A stretch of 64,000 nucleotides of DNA from Collinsella sp. (GCA_036312785.1 JAXJNG010000023.1:5680-69679); one strand, 5' to 3'; counted from the first letter of the stretch, positions 38,200 to 47,846 are shown. The notes: generated from the letters alone by a model not told the origin. Translations and numbers: made by a program.

Positions 38200-39701
38200 T
38201 TTGCCCAGGGGAAGGCCGAAGCCGCGGCCATGTTCTTGCGCACGAGTTCGTCGCGCACCTGGGCCAAGCCCTGTTCCATGCCCACCACGTAGGTCTGCGG
38301 ATACAGGAAGCGCTTGAAAGCCGCGTCCAGATGATCGATTGCCCAAGCACAGCGCTCGCGTGCGTCCTCGATGCTCTCGCGCGGGGCTACCGCACTGCCA
38401 TCGCGTACGATCGGCACCAGCAGCTCGCGATACTCAAGCTCGGACACATCGGTCACCAGGGCGGCATCGTTCACGGCCACAAGGGTATTGCCGCGCGCGG
38501 CGCCCTCCCCCGCCAGATGATCCTCGTCATAGATCATGTCGCAGACCGGGCCGCCAAAGCCATCGTAATAACGGCGCACGCGCTGCACGCCGGGAATCGT
38601 GCGCTTGTAGGGCTGCTCGGAGAGCTTCACCACCGGCGTCCACGGGTCCGTCTCGCTCGCGCGGCGGGCCGAAAGCTTGTACACGCCGCCCAGCGCTGGC
38701 TGATCGTAGCAGGTCGCGAGCTTGGTGCCAACGCCAAAGCTATCGATGGGCGCGCCCTGGTCGAGCAGCGACTGGATCGTGTACTCGTCCAGGTCGTTGG
38801 AGACCGAAATCCCCACATAGGGCAGGCCCTCGGCGTCAAAACGGCCGCGGACATACTTGGACAACTTAGCCAGGTCGCCTGAGTCAATGCGAATAGCCGA
38901 CAGGCGCTCGCCCGCCGCCTCCATCTCCTTGGCAACCGTAATGGCATGCTCGCAGCCCTCGCGCACGTCGTAGGTGTCAATGAGCAGCGTACAGTTCTTG
39001 GGGCTCGACTTGGCAAACGCACGGAAGGCCTCAAGCTCGGAATCGAAGCTCATCACCCAGCTGTGCGCGTGTGTGCCAAAGACGGGGATGCCGTAGCGGC
39101 GCCCGGCAAGCACGTTAGACGTGGACGAGCAGCCGGCCACGTAGCTCGCGCGCGCAACAGCCAGGCCGCCATCGGGACCCTGGGCGCGACGCAGGCCAAA
39201 CTCGGCGACGGGGCGACCATCGGCGGCCAGCACCACGCGCGCCGTCTTGGTGGCGACGAGCGTCTGGAACCCGACGATGTTGAGCAGCGCCGTCTCAAGC
39301 AGCTGGCACTCGAGCGCAGGACCGGTGACGCGCACCATGGGCTCGCGCGGAAAGACGAGCTCGCCCTCGGGAACGGCGTCGATATTTACATGCGCACGAA
39401 AATCGCGCAGGTAGTCGAGGAATGCGGACTTGAACATCGCGCCGCCGGCAGGGGCCTCAAGCGAAGCGAGGTAGTCGATGTCCTCGGGCGTATAGCGCAG
39501 GTTCTCGACCAGCTCGGGCAGCTCGGCGGTGCCACACATGACGGCATACGCGCTGCCAAAGGGATGGTCACGGTAAAACGCCGTAAAACAACCCTGCTCA
39601 TTGGCCTTGCCGCTCTCCCACAGGCCCTGGGCCATAGTGAGTTCGTACAGATCGGTGAGCATTGCGATGTCGGTGGGATGCGAGATGTCGGTCAAAGCCA
39701 T
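38196..39701 (-). CDS. pncB: Nicotinate phosphoribosyltransferase
   Basis: TDLYELTM, EFGLRRAQG, GTHAHSW, RIDSGDL and GVGTKL motifs. Confidence 0.96.
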   Translation of the reverse strand: MALTDISHPTDIAMLTDLYELTMAQGLWESGKANEQGCFTAFYRDHPFGSAYAVMCGTAELPELVENLRYTPEDIDYLASLEAPAGGAMFKSAFLDYLRDFRAHVNIDAVPEGELVFPREPMVRVTGPALECQLLETALLNIVGFQTLVATKTARVVLAADGRPVAEFGLRRAQGPDGGLAVARASYVAGCSSTSNVLAGRRYGIPVFGTHAHSWVMSFDSELEAFRAFAKSSPKNCTLLIDTYDVREGCEHAITVAKEMEAAGERLSAIRIDSGDLAKLSKYVRGRFDAEGLPYVGISVSNDLDEYTIQSLLDQGAPIDSFGVGTKLATCYDQPALGGVYKLSARRASETDPWTPVVKLSEQPYKRTIPGVQRVRRYYDGFGGPVCDMIYDEDHLAGEGAARGNTLVAVNDAALVTDVSELEYRELLVPIVRDGSAVAPRESIEDARERCAWAIDHLDAAFKRFLYPQTYVVGMEQGLAQVRDELVRKNMAAASAFPWAK

Positions 39702-39782
39702 GGGGCGACCTTTCGGATGTGTTGTGCAGAGGTTGATGGTTGGCGAGGCGGGCGTGCGGGCATGGAGCCCGGCGCGAACAGG

Positions 39783-40241
39783 TTAGTACAGGCCCATGCT
39801 GCCCGTGATCGTGTAAACCATAAAGACGATAAACGCGATGAGGGCGAGCACGATGATGATTTTTTGAGCCGGAGCCATGCCGGGGATCTCATTCTCGCCC
39901 GTAGGCTCCTTGGAGGTGACCATGCGCTGGGCAAAGGTCATCTCGTCACGGCTCGGTTTGGGCTCGGCGGGCTTGGGGTGAGCGGCTTTTTTGGGCTGAG
40001 GTTTGGGTGCGGCGGGCGCAGGCTTCGCGGCGGCGGGCTTGGGTGCGGGCGCGGGCGCCGGTGCGGATGCGGCGTTCGCAGCGGCCTCCTCGGCCTTCTC
40101 GCGCTCGGCACGCAGGGCGGCCAGCTCCTCACGCTCGCGGCGCGCCTCTTCCTGGGCCTCGCGACGAGCCTTCTCGGCGCGGAGCTCTTCCAACTCGGCG
40201 CGCTCCTCGGCAGACAGTGGTTGGGACTCAAGCTCGGCCAT
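39783..40241 (-). CDS. Hypothetical protein: coiled coil, Pro/Ala linker, C-terminal TM helix
   Basis: ORF composition and RBS upstream of ATG 40241. Confidence 0.7.
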   Translation of the reverse strand: MAELESQPLSAEERAELEELRAEKARREAQEEARREREELAALRAEREKAEEAAANAASAPAPAPAPKPAAAKPAPAAPKPQPKKAAHPKPAEPKPSRDEMTFAQRMVTSKEPTGENEIPGMAPAQKIIIVLALIAFIVFMVYTITGSMGLY

Positions 40242-40305
40242 GGTATTGCCCTTTCTTTTTAAAAAAGCCGCCGACACAATGTCGACGGCTTATCAAATCC
40301 AAGGG

Positions 40306-40378
40306 TGGAGACGAAGGGAGTCGAACCCTCGGCCTCTGCCATGCGACGGCAGCGCTCTCCCAACTGAGCTACGTCCCC
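40306..40378 (-). tRNA. tRNA-Ala (CGC), CCA not encoded
   Basis: GGGGACGTAGCTCAGTTGGGAGAGCGCTGCCGT-CGC-ATGGCAG...GGTTCGACTCC...TCTCCA. Confidence 0.95.
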
Positions 40379-40391
40379 AGGACAAGTTGAT

Positions 40392-40419
40392 ATTTTACCT
40401 ACGGCTCGCCAACTGTCAA
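40392..40419 (-). promoter_or_regulatory. Putative sigma70-type promoter of tRNA-Ala
   Basis: TTGACA-16-TAAAAT on the minus strand. Confidence 0.7.
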
Positions 40420-40430
40420 CGCCCAATACC

Positions 40431-40628
40431 CAGTCTTTTTGGGACGGGGCTTTTTTGACTACTTTGCGAACGCCGGCTCGACCCCACCGGGAGTAGTCTT
40501 TTTGGGACGGGGCTATTTTAGCTGCCCCGACAGGCAACGCGAACGATTTGGCCGAACAGCGGCAGGGGTAGCTAAAATAGCCCCGTCCCAAAAAGACTAC
40601 TCAAAAAGCCCCGTCTCAAATTAGCTGG
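40431..40628. repeat. Cluster of four TGGGACGGGG-core repeats (family B), including a REPIN-like inverted pair
   Basis: 40491-40528 and 40565-40602 are inverted repeats (37/38); outer copies at 40431 and 40603. Confidence 0.88.
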
Positions 40629-41565
40629 TTTGGGCACTAGTAAGAACGCCGGTGGTGTCGAACGCCGGGGTAAAGCTCTCGTCTACCGCGCCGCCTTCTT
40701 GCCAGAACATCGTCGTAAAGCCCAGGTCGTCGGCATGGTCGAGCACCTGCTCGTACTCCTCGCGCGTCACGGCGCGTGCCAACTCGCCGCCCTGCTCGCG
40801 CATGAGCGCATTGGGCGTGTACTGGTTCATGACCGAGATCGGCACGTCGCCCACCGTCTGCCACACCAGATCCAGCACGCGACACGAATCGTCCGCATGA
40901 CCCGGCAGCACCAGATGACGCACGATGATGCCGCGCTTCATGAGCCCGTCCTCGTCCACCAGCTCTCCCCCGCGGCGCTCAATCTCGCGCGACATCTGAG
41001 CCAGGCCCGACACGGCCACACGCGGGTAGTCCTGAATATGAGAGAGCGACTGCGCAAGCTCGGCATCGGCATATTTAAAGTCCGTAAGCCACACATCGAC
41101 CAGATCGCCGAGCGCAGCCACGGCACTCGCCCGCTCATAGCCGCTCGTGTTGTAGACGATCGGGATGTCCAGCCCGCGCTCCCGCGCTGCGGCAATCGCG
41201 GACGGCAGCAGGTGAGCATAATGCGTCGCCGTCACCAGGTTGATGTTGTTGGCACCCTGGTCCTGCAGCTCCAGCATAATCTCGACCAAACGCTGGGGCG
41301 TAATCTCAAGACCGAAATTGCCCGTCGAGATCTCGTGGTTTTGGCAGTAGACGCATTTGAGCGAGCAACCGCTAAAGAAAATCGTGCCCGAGCCGGCCTC
41401 GCCCGAGATGGGCGGCTCCTCCCACATATGAAGCGCGGCGCGGGCCACCTTGAGCGTGTCGTTAGCACCGCAGACGCCGTGCGCGCCCTCATCGCGCGCC
41501 GCACCGCAACGGCGCGGACACAAATGGCAGGCGGGCGAAAAAAGTTCGGTCAACGACGTCGGCAT
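40621..41565 (-). CDS. Radical SAM protein (PflX-like)
   Basis: CHLCPRRC, WEEPPISG, CSLKCVYCQN, VYNTSGYE and RHLVLPG motifs. Confidence 0.9.
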   Translation of the reverse strand: MPTSLTELFSPACHLCPRRCGAARDEGAHGVCGANDTLKVARAALHMWEEPPISGEAGSGTIFFSGCSLKCVYCQNHEISTGNFGLEITPQRLVEIMLELQDQGANNINLVTATHYAHLLPSAIAAARERGLDIPIVYNTSGYERASAVAALGDLVDVWLTDFKYADAELAQSLSHIQDYPRVAVSGLAQMSREIERRGGELVDEDGLMKRGIIVRHLVLPGHADDSCRVLDLVWQTVGDVPISVMNQYTPNALMREQGGELARAVTREEYEQVLDHADDLGFTTMFWQEGGAVDESFTPAFDTTGVLTSAQTS

Positions 41566-41715
41566 AAAACCATGCTCCAAAACAACGATTCAGCAGCTCA
41601 AACGTAAAGGGATCAACCCCACAGACGGCTCGAGCCCAAGGCGCCGTAATCGTCCGACACGATTTTTGTAATGTCAAGACTGGAATCAATAAAGTGCCGC
41701 TTTATGATGTAGGTA

Positions 41716-41878
41716 TTCCGCCCCCCGCGGAGCAACTGGGTGAACCGTCGCGTTTATTTAGGGAGCCCACACAGTCGTACCTAGTACAGGTATCCTTCGT
41801 TGTTAAGGACGCTGGAACAGTCGATGAGGGCACCCACCTGTTTTAGGTGGGTTCATTTTCGTAACGTGGGGGGTGGTT
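41716..41878 (+). ncRNA. ssrS: Probable 6S RNA
   Basis: Closing helix CCGCCCCCCGCG/CGTGGGGGGTGG; internal TGAACC/GGTTCA pairing; GGGAGCC and GGCACCCACCTG...GGTGGGTTC motifs as I recall them in Firmicutes-type 6S; TATGAT -10 at 41703. Confidence 0.7.
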
Positions 41879-42090
41879 TTCTTTTGCCGAAAATCACCAT
41901 TACAGTCCATATGGATCCCCGCCGGCATCCCGACAAGCCATCGACAACATCCCAATATCTGGTAAGCGCGTGATTATCGCTGCGTGCAATTCCATGCACC
42001 CCCCTTGGTCGAGTATTATGGTTCGGCTATGCCCTTTGCGCATGGCGTTCTTCTGACCTTTTCCTTCGACGCTTGGCGGTTTTTAGATTC

Positions 42091-43290
42091 ATGGCTTCAT
42101 CCCCGAGCTACATACCGTACCTATGCGTGGCAGCGGCGGCCTTTATCACGACCTTCCTCGCGGTGCCCCTGGTCAAGCGCTTGGCAATTAAGCTCGATGC
42201 CGTCGACTATCCTTCTAAGCGCCGCATCAACACCAAGCCCATCCCGCGTTTGGGCGGAACGGCGGTGTTTTTGGGCCTGGTCGTTGCCTGCATTGTGCAA
42301 ATCCTAGGCACCTGGCACCTAGGCTGGCCACCCGTCCTGGTGCCGCACCCGCGCCTTCACATTAGCTATCCCATGCTGGCGCTCTCCTTTACCGTCATCT
42401 TTGCGACCGGCGCGATCGACGACGTCTTCCAGCTCACGCCCAAGCAAAAACTGGCCGGACAGGTCCTCGCCGCGCTTATCGCCTGCATGGGCGGCCTGCG
42501 GATCGGCGTCATCGTCAACCCGTTTGCCCCCGGCGAGATCATGCTCGGATGGCTCGCCTACCCCATTACCGTGATCTATCTGGTGGCATTCACCAACATC
42601 ATTAACCTCATCGACGGCCTCGACGGCTTGGCCACGGGTATCTGCGGCATCGCGTCGTTCACCATGTTTTCGATGGCCGTTCTCTCGGGCCGCATCGACG
42701 CCGCCGCGCTCTCCATTGCGCTCTTTGGCGCCTGTCTGGCCTTTTTGCGCTACAACTTCAACCCCGCAAGCATCTTCTTGGGCGACTCGGGGTCGCTGCT
42801 TCTGGGCTTTGCACTGGGCTCCATCTCACTGCTCAACGTGAGCCGCACCGCCGCACTCACCTCGCTTATCATTCCGCTCATCGTTGCCGGCGTGCCCATC
42901 ATCGACACGTTCAGCGCCATCGTGCGCCGCAAGCGCGCCCACATTAGTATCGGGCAGGCCGACAAGGGCCACATCCACCACCGCCTCATTCAAGAGGGCT
43001 ACAACCAAAAGCAGGCCGTACTGCTCATCTATGCCTGGTGCATCATGCTTTCGGCCGGCGCCGCCGCGATTAACCAGGTCGAAGTGCCCATGCGTGTGCT
43101 CATCTTTACCGTGCTCGCCATTGGCTCGGCGGCCTTCGCCAAGCACCTGCACCTGTTTGAACCCGTGCTACGCCACCATTACAACAAGCGCACGCACGAG
43201 GACGAGCTCGTCACCCCCGACGACCCCGCCTTTAAGCAGGAGGAGCAGGCAGCCGAGGAGCGCAAAGAAGAGCGCCACCACAAGCTCTAG
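42091..43290 (+). CDS. WecA/TagO-type undecaprenyl-phosphate GlcNAc-1-phosphate transferase
   Basis: PRLGG, GAIDD, NLIDGLDGLA, NFNPASIFLGDSG and DKGHIHHRL motifs. Confidence 0.92.
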   Translation: MASSPSYIPYLCVAAAAFITTFLAVPLVKRLAIKLDAVDYPSKRRINTKPIPRLGGTAVFLGLVVACIVQILGTWHLGWPPVLVPHPRLHISYPMLALSFTVIFATGAIDDVFQLTPKQKLAGQVLAALIACMGGLRIGVIVNPFAPGEIMLGWLAYPITVIYLVAFTNIINLIDGLDGLATGICGIASFTMFSMAVLSGRIDAAALSIALFGACLAFLRYNFNPASIFLGDSGSLLLGFALGSISLLNVSRTAALTSLIIPLIVAGVPIIDTFSAIVRRKRAHISIGQADKGHIHHRLIQEGYNQKQAVLLIYAWCIMLSAGAAAINQVEVPMRVLIFTVLAIGSAAFAKHLHLFEPVLRHHYNKRTHEDELVTPDDPAFKQEEQAAEERKEERHHKL

Positions 43291-43460
43291 GGCAAGCTGC
43301 CAAGGATGTGCCAAGGCACCGTTAGCCAAGCGCGGCCGCGCCGCACCCATCGCACATGCCGCACCACGCGCGTCCCTCTCCCGCCCCTCGCCTACTTACG
43401 CACCACCCCTCCAATAAACGCGTTATCATCTTGACCCATGAACATACGTTAGGAGCAATC

Positions 43461-44510
43461 ATGCCAAACGAGAACAGCTACGAAGTCGCGCTGCAAAAGA
43501 GCAACGCCATTCGCGAGGGCCTGACCAAGACGCCCGAGAAGTTCACCATGCTCACCGGCGACCGCCCCACCGGCCGTCTGCACCTGGGCCACTACTTCGG
43601 CACCCTCAAGGGCCGTGTTGAGCTGCAGAACATGGGCGCCAAGACCAACGTGCTCATCGCCGACTACCAGGTCATCACTGACCGCGACACGACCGAGCAC
43701 ATCCAGGACAACGTGTACAACATGGTCATGGACTACCTTGCCTGCGGTATCGATCCCGACAAGACCATGATCTACGCGCACTCCGCCGTGCCCGCCGCCA
43801 ACCAGCTCATGCTGCCGTTCCTGTCGCTGGTGTCCGAGGCCGAGCTGGCGCGCAACCCCACGGTAAAGGCCGAGATGGAGGCCTCGGGCCACGAGCTCAC
43901 CGGTCTTCTGCTCACCTACCCGGTACATCAGGCCTGCGACATCCTGTTCTGCAAGGGCAACGTGGTGCCCGTCGGTCGCGACCAGCTGCCGCACATCGAG
44001 CTTACCCGCACCATCGCTCGCCGCTTTAACAACCGCTACGGCAAGGTGTTCCCCGAGGTCGACGCGCTGCTGTCCGAGACCCCGCTGCTGCCCGGCCTGG
44101 ACGGTCGCAAGATGAGCAAGAGCTACGGCAACGCCATCAATATTTCGATGACCGCCGAGGAGACGGCCAAGCGCATCAAGAAGAGCCAGACCGACTCCGA
44201 GCGCATGATCACGTTCGACCCCGAGAACCGCCCCGGCGTGTCTGGCCTGCTTTCGACGGCCGCCATCTGCACCGGCCGTTCCGAGGTCGAAATTGCCGAG
44301 GAGATTGGCATGGGAGGCTCCGGCCAGCTCAAGAAGTACGTGACCGAGGCCGTCAACGAGTACTTCGCACCGATCCGCGAGCGTCGCCAGCGCTACGAGA
44401 ACGATCTGGACTATGTGAAGGACGTCCTGCATGAGGGCAACCGTCGCGCCAACGAGATCGCCGAGCAGACCCTGGCCGAGGTTCAGGACGCCATGGGCAT
44501 GGTGTACTAG
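43461..44510 (+). CDS. trpS: Tryptophan--tRNA ligase
   Basis: TGDRPTGRLHLGH, VPVGRDQ and KMSKS motifs. Confidence 0.96.
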   Translation: MPNENSYEVALQKSNAIREGLTKTPEKFTMLTGDRPTGRLHLGHYFGTLKGRVELQNMGAKTNVLIADYQVITDRDTTEHIQDNVYNMVMDYLACGIDPDKTMIYAHSAVPAANQLMLPFLSLVSEAELARNPTVKAEMEASGHELTGLLLTYPVHQACDILFCKGNVVPVGRDQLPHIELTRTIARRFNNRYGKVFPEVDALLSETPLLPGLDGRKMSKSYGNAINISMTAEETAKRIKKSQTDSERMITFDPENRPGVSGLLSTAAICTGRSEVEIAEEIGMGGSGQLKKYVTEAVNEYFAPIRERRQRYENDLDYVKDVLHEGNRRANEIAEQTLAEVQDAMGMVY

Positions 44511-44544
44511 ACCGATCTGCTGGCTTGAGCTTTCGATTGCTATA

Positions 44545-44572
44545 GGGCGGGCGCTACGGCGTCCGCCTTTTT
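44545..44572 (+). terminator. Intrinsic terminator after trpS
   Basis: GGCGGGCGC-TACG-GCGTCCGCC followed by a T-run. Confidence 0.8.
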
Positions 44573-44845
44573 TGGAGCCGGACCGCTTCGGCTCCGTCCA
44601 TCGCACTCCCCGACAAACAGGAACAGGCCCGCTGGCAGTTAGTTGCCAGCGGGCCTGTTCCCGAAGTACACCGTTGAATCGCACAGAGGGGAGGAATGCG
44701 AATCAAACTCAACAGGGCAGGCTTTTTCATCGCCTATTGCCTGCTCCGTTGCTGAAACCAATATAGTTCACCGTGGTTTACTTTCTAGCGTCAATATGCG
44801 CCGCCATACCTTCTCCATAAGTTAGCTCCGGTAAACCTGCAACGG

Positions 44846-44885
44846 AAAACCACCACAAAGGGGCAGGCACCTTTGTGGTGGTTTT
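44846..44885 (+). repeat. REP-like palindrome family A (1-nt deletion in core)
   Basis: AAAACCACCACAAAGGGGCAGGCACCTTTGTGGTGGTTTT. Confidence 0.9.
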
Positions 44886-44901
44886 GACCACGGCAGAGCC
44901 G

Positions 44902-45222
44902 CTAGAGTCCGGCAGGCCAGCGACAGGCGGCCAAGTCGACGTGCATGTCGTCCTTAAACGCCACACCCTCCCCCAGCAGAAGCTCACGTTGAGCATCGGG
45001 CCCGCCAAAGGCAAAGCCCTCACAGATACGGCCGTCGGCAAACACCACGCGGTGACAGGGAATCTCGCCGGGGCGCGGATTGCTGTGCAGCGCGTAGCCC
45101 ACGTACCGCGCACTCCGCGGACGACCGGCGAGCAGCGCCACCTGACCGTAGGTGGCGACCATCCCCTCGGGAATCTGCTCGACCACCTCGTACACCCGTT
45201 CAAAAAAGCCCTCAGACGCCAT
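44902..45222 (-). CDS. MGMT-family (O6-methylguanine methyltransferase DNA-binding domain) protein
   Basis: IPEGMVATYGQVA, ARYVG and IPCHRVV motifs. Confidence 0.9.
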   Translation of the reverse strand: MASEGFFERVYEVVEQIPEGMVATYGQVALLAGRPRSARYVGYALHSNPRPGEIPCHRVVFADGRICEGFAFGGPDAQRELLLGEGVAFKDDMHVDLAACRWPAGL

Positions 45223-45251
45223 TGCTCGCTCCCTTCCACCCGGAAAAGCAT

Positions 45252-45290
45252 AAACCACCACAAAGGTGCCTGTCCCCTTTGTGGTGGTTT
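45252..45290 (-). repeat. REP-like palindrome family A
   Basis: AAACCACCACAAAGGTGCCTGTCCCCTTTGTGGTGGTTT. Confidence 0.9.
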
Positions 45291-45302
45291 ATGGCAGATC
45301 GG

Positions 45303-46157
45303 TTAGTTGGCGGGATGGAAGAAGGCTACGGCTACGGCGCCGGGGCCTACGTGGGTACCGATGGTGGCGCCAATGGTGTGAACGGGCAGTTCGCCCTCGG
45401 TGTGACCAGCCCACAGCGCAGCGCTGTCCTCGATATACTTCTTGAGCACCGCATCCGAAAGACCCGTATAGCCGAGCGCCAGCGGCATGGAAAAGTCGAT
45501 GCCGCCCGCCTTTTCGACCTTTTGGTTCAGCAGGTTGCGGCCGTTCTTGGAACCGCGCGCCTTGCCCAGCTGCACGATCAGACCGTCCTCGACAGCCACC
45601 ACGGGCTTTACGTTGAGCAGCGTGCCCACGGCGCCGGCCGCAGCAGACAGACGACCGCCGCGCACCAGATACTCCAGCGTCTCGAGCAGGCCGATAACCA
45701 CCACACGGTCGCGCACGGCCTCGACAGCCGCCGCGATCTGAGATGCACTGCGGCCCTCGTCCACCAAGCGCAGCGCATATTCGACCAGGACGCGCTCGCC
45801 CAGGGTGACGTTGTTGCTGTCTACCACGAACACGTCGCCACCTGGCGCCTCGGCAAGTGCGGTACGGGCACTCTGATTGGTGCCTGATAGCTTAGCGCCC
45901 ACGGTAATAATCACAGCCTCATCGCCGGCTTCACGAACCTCGGAGATGGCCTGCGAAAACGCGTACGGGTTGACCTGGCCGGTCTTGGGCAGCTCATCGC
46001 GCTCCACGAGCATCTCGTAAAAGCGCTGGTGATCGATGTCGATGCCATCCATGTACACATCGGTGCCAAAGGTGACGGACAGCGGCAAAACGGCCAGTGC
46101 CGGGTGCTCGGCCGGCGACATATCGCTTGCGGAATCGGTAATAATGCGGACGGACAT
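45303..46157 (-). CDS. DegV-family fatty-acid-binding protein
   Basis: IITDSASD, LSGTNQSA, YLVRGGRL, LLNVKP and GTHVGPGA motifs. Confidence 0.92.
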   Translation of the reverse strand: MSVRIITDSASDMSPAEHPALAVLPLSVTFGTDVYMDGIDIDHQRFYEMLVERDELPKTGQVNPYAFSQAISEVREAGDEAVIITVGAKLSGTNQSARTALAEAPGGDVFVVDSNNVTLGERVLVEYALRLVDEGRSASQIAAAVEAVRDRVVVIGLLETLEYLVRGGRLSAAAGAVGTLLNVKPVVAVEDGLIVQLGKARGSKNGRNLLNQKVEKAGGIDFSMPLALGYTGLSDAVLKKYIEDSAALWAGHTEGELPVHTIGATIGTHVGPGAVAVAFFHPAN

Positions 46158-46276
46158 AGCGAATCCTTTCTTGCGCAGGTCCCGCGCAGGGAATTTTGAC
46201 AGCAAGGCCCCGGCACGGTATACGCGCTCAAACAGGACTATGCAGTTGTTAATTGGAAGCAAAAGCCTTGGCGGCC

Positions 46277-46726
46277 CTACAGCTCGCGCAGGGTGTTGAG
46301 AATCGTACGCAGCGACGCATACATCTGCTCGCGCTGCTCCACACCCATAGCCTTACCGGTGGTATCGAGCACCTCGCGAATGATGCGGTCCGCCTCGCTC
46401 ATGCTCTCGCCGCCCAGAGCGGTCAGGCGCACCGGAGCACGATACTTAACGGCGGCATCGCCCGAATCATCGACCTCGACGTAGCCGCCCTCCTCCAGAT
46501 GCGCGAGCGTACGCGAGACGGCGGCGCGGGTCACGCCTGCCATGCGAGCCAGGTCAGCGCCAGTCAGGCCGTCCTTGCTGCGCTCAAGATAGTACAGGCA
46601 CATCACGTCGGAGCCCTTGAGGCCCAGCCTTGCGCCCTCGGATGTCTTAATGCGCTGGATCTCCTTGTAGAGCCCACTGATCAGTCCGACAAAGTCCTCG
46701 AAACGTGTCTCGTCGTTCTGCTGCAT
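46277..46726 (-). CDS. MarR-family transcriptional regulator
   Basis: Winged HTH: LTGADLARMAGVTRAAVSRTLAHLEEGGYV...VRLTALG. Confidence 0.85.
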   Translation of the reverse strand: MQQNDETRFEDFVGLISGLYKEIQRIKTSEGARLGLKGSDVMCLYYLERSKDGLTGADLARMAGVTRAAVSRTLAHLEEGGYVEVDDSGDAAVKYRAPVRLTALGGESMSEADRIIREVLDTTGKAMGVEQREQMYASLRTILNTLREL

Positions 46727-46830
46727 GGGAGACGACCGCCTTTCGCTTGCATAATGCTTACGGGTAAACATCTTAGTCGCATAAGGCGACACCCGTACCC
46801 AAATACCCCATTTGTTAACCCATCAACATA

Positions 46831-46871
46831 AAAACCACCACAAAGGGGACAGGCACCTTTGTGGTGGTTTT
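46831..46871 (+). repeat. REP-like palindrome family A
   Basis: AAAACCACCACAAAGGGGACAGGCACCTTTGTGGTGGTTTT. Confidence 0.92.
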
Positions 46872-46899
46872 GACCGGCGAACATGATCCGCAGACGCCG

Positions 46900-47619
46900 C
46901 TACAGCTCCACACAGGGATTGTCGCGGGTCACAAGCGTCTTAACGACAACCATCGCTCCCAGATAGCGCTCGAGCAGCTCGGCTAGGCGATCGATCGCGG
47001 CCTGGCAATCCCCCATCCGCTCGGGCTCCACGCACTCAATCGCCAAGAACGCATCGGCCGAATCGTCGGACAGCGCCGTGCGAACGCCGTCGCGCCAGTT
47101 CCAGCAGCGGCACACGGCGCCCGCATCATCGATGTAGGCGAGCTCGCCGGGCAGCGTCGGATCGTCCGCCTCCTCGCCAAGCGGCAAGAATGCATCGCCA
47201 CCGTCGGTCACCTTCAAGCGAAGGTCTCCCTCGATCGCATGCAGATCCTCGCCTCCCACGGGCAGCGCGTAGGTCAGCGACACCGTGTTGTAGATATCCA
47301 CCGCGGGCGTAATGTGGCCCACCGGCTTGCCTTTGAGCACGCGTTTGAGCAAGTTCTCGATCGAGCAGCGCGCGCCTTTCTTGGTCTTGAACAGACGATA
47401 GGCCTCGCGCCATGCCTTGACCGGTGCGTTCTCGCTGATAGTGTCGCTGGTCAGATGACGCTCCGCATCGATATTGGCGCGGTCGAGCAACGCCGCAATC
47501 GCATCCACGTCCTCTTGAGAAATCTGAGCCGTGGGCTTCATGCCCTCCACGACCACAACACCGACCGCTGCCTGCGGAAACAGCTCCCAGAATGAATCCT
47601 CGGCAATAAAGCTCTTCAT
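46900..47619 (-). CDS. B3/B4 (PheRS-beta editing-like) domain protein
   Basis: AWREAY, SIENLLKR, VDIYN, LPVGGED and CRCWNWRD motifs. Confidence 0.88.
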   Translation of the reverse strand: MKSFIAEDSFWELFPQAAVGVVVVEGMKPTAQISQEDVDAIAALLDRANIDAERHLTSDTISENAPVKAWREAYRLFKTKKGARCSIENLLKRVLKGKPVGHITPAVDIYNTVSLTYALPVGGEDLHAIEGDLRLKVTDGGDAFLPLGEEADDPTLPGELAYIDDAGAVCRCWNWRDGVRTALSDDSADAFLAIECVEPERMGDCQAAIDRLAELLERYLGAMVVVKTLVTRDNPCVEL

Positions 47620-47763
47620 ACGCTCTCCCTTCATTGTGCGCGCCCGAGTGAGGGCGCCTAAACAAAAAGCGCCCTCACAACGGCCACCTTCAAAGTCCTA
47701 CGGTGCCGTCACAAGAACGCTTGCGCTGTCCCCATCCGGAGAAGGGGACGATATGTCAGGCGT

Positions 47764-47792
47764 ATTGTAACCCGAGTCATCCACGCGAGCAA
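47764..47792 (-). promoter_or_regulatory. Putative promoter of the B3/B4 gene
   Basis: TTGCTC-17-TACAAT on the minus strand; the -35 overlaps the end of the adjacent palindrome. Confidence 0.55.
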
Positions 47793-47827
47793 AACCACCA
47801 CAAAGGTGCCTGTCCCCTTTGTGGTGG
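47791..47827 (-). repeat. REP-like palindrome family A
   Basis: AAAACCACCACAAAGGTGCCTGTCCCCTTTGTGGTGG. Confidence 0.9.
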
Positions 47828-47846
47828 ATATGGACTCACGGCGAAG

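Noticed and set aside
43291..43460. T-box leader before trpS (also checked before argS)
   Set aside because: No GGTGGNACC antiterminator motif or specifier stem was found.
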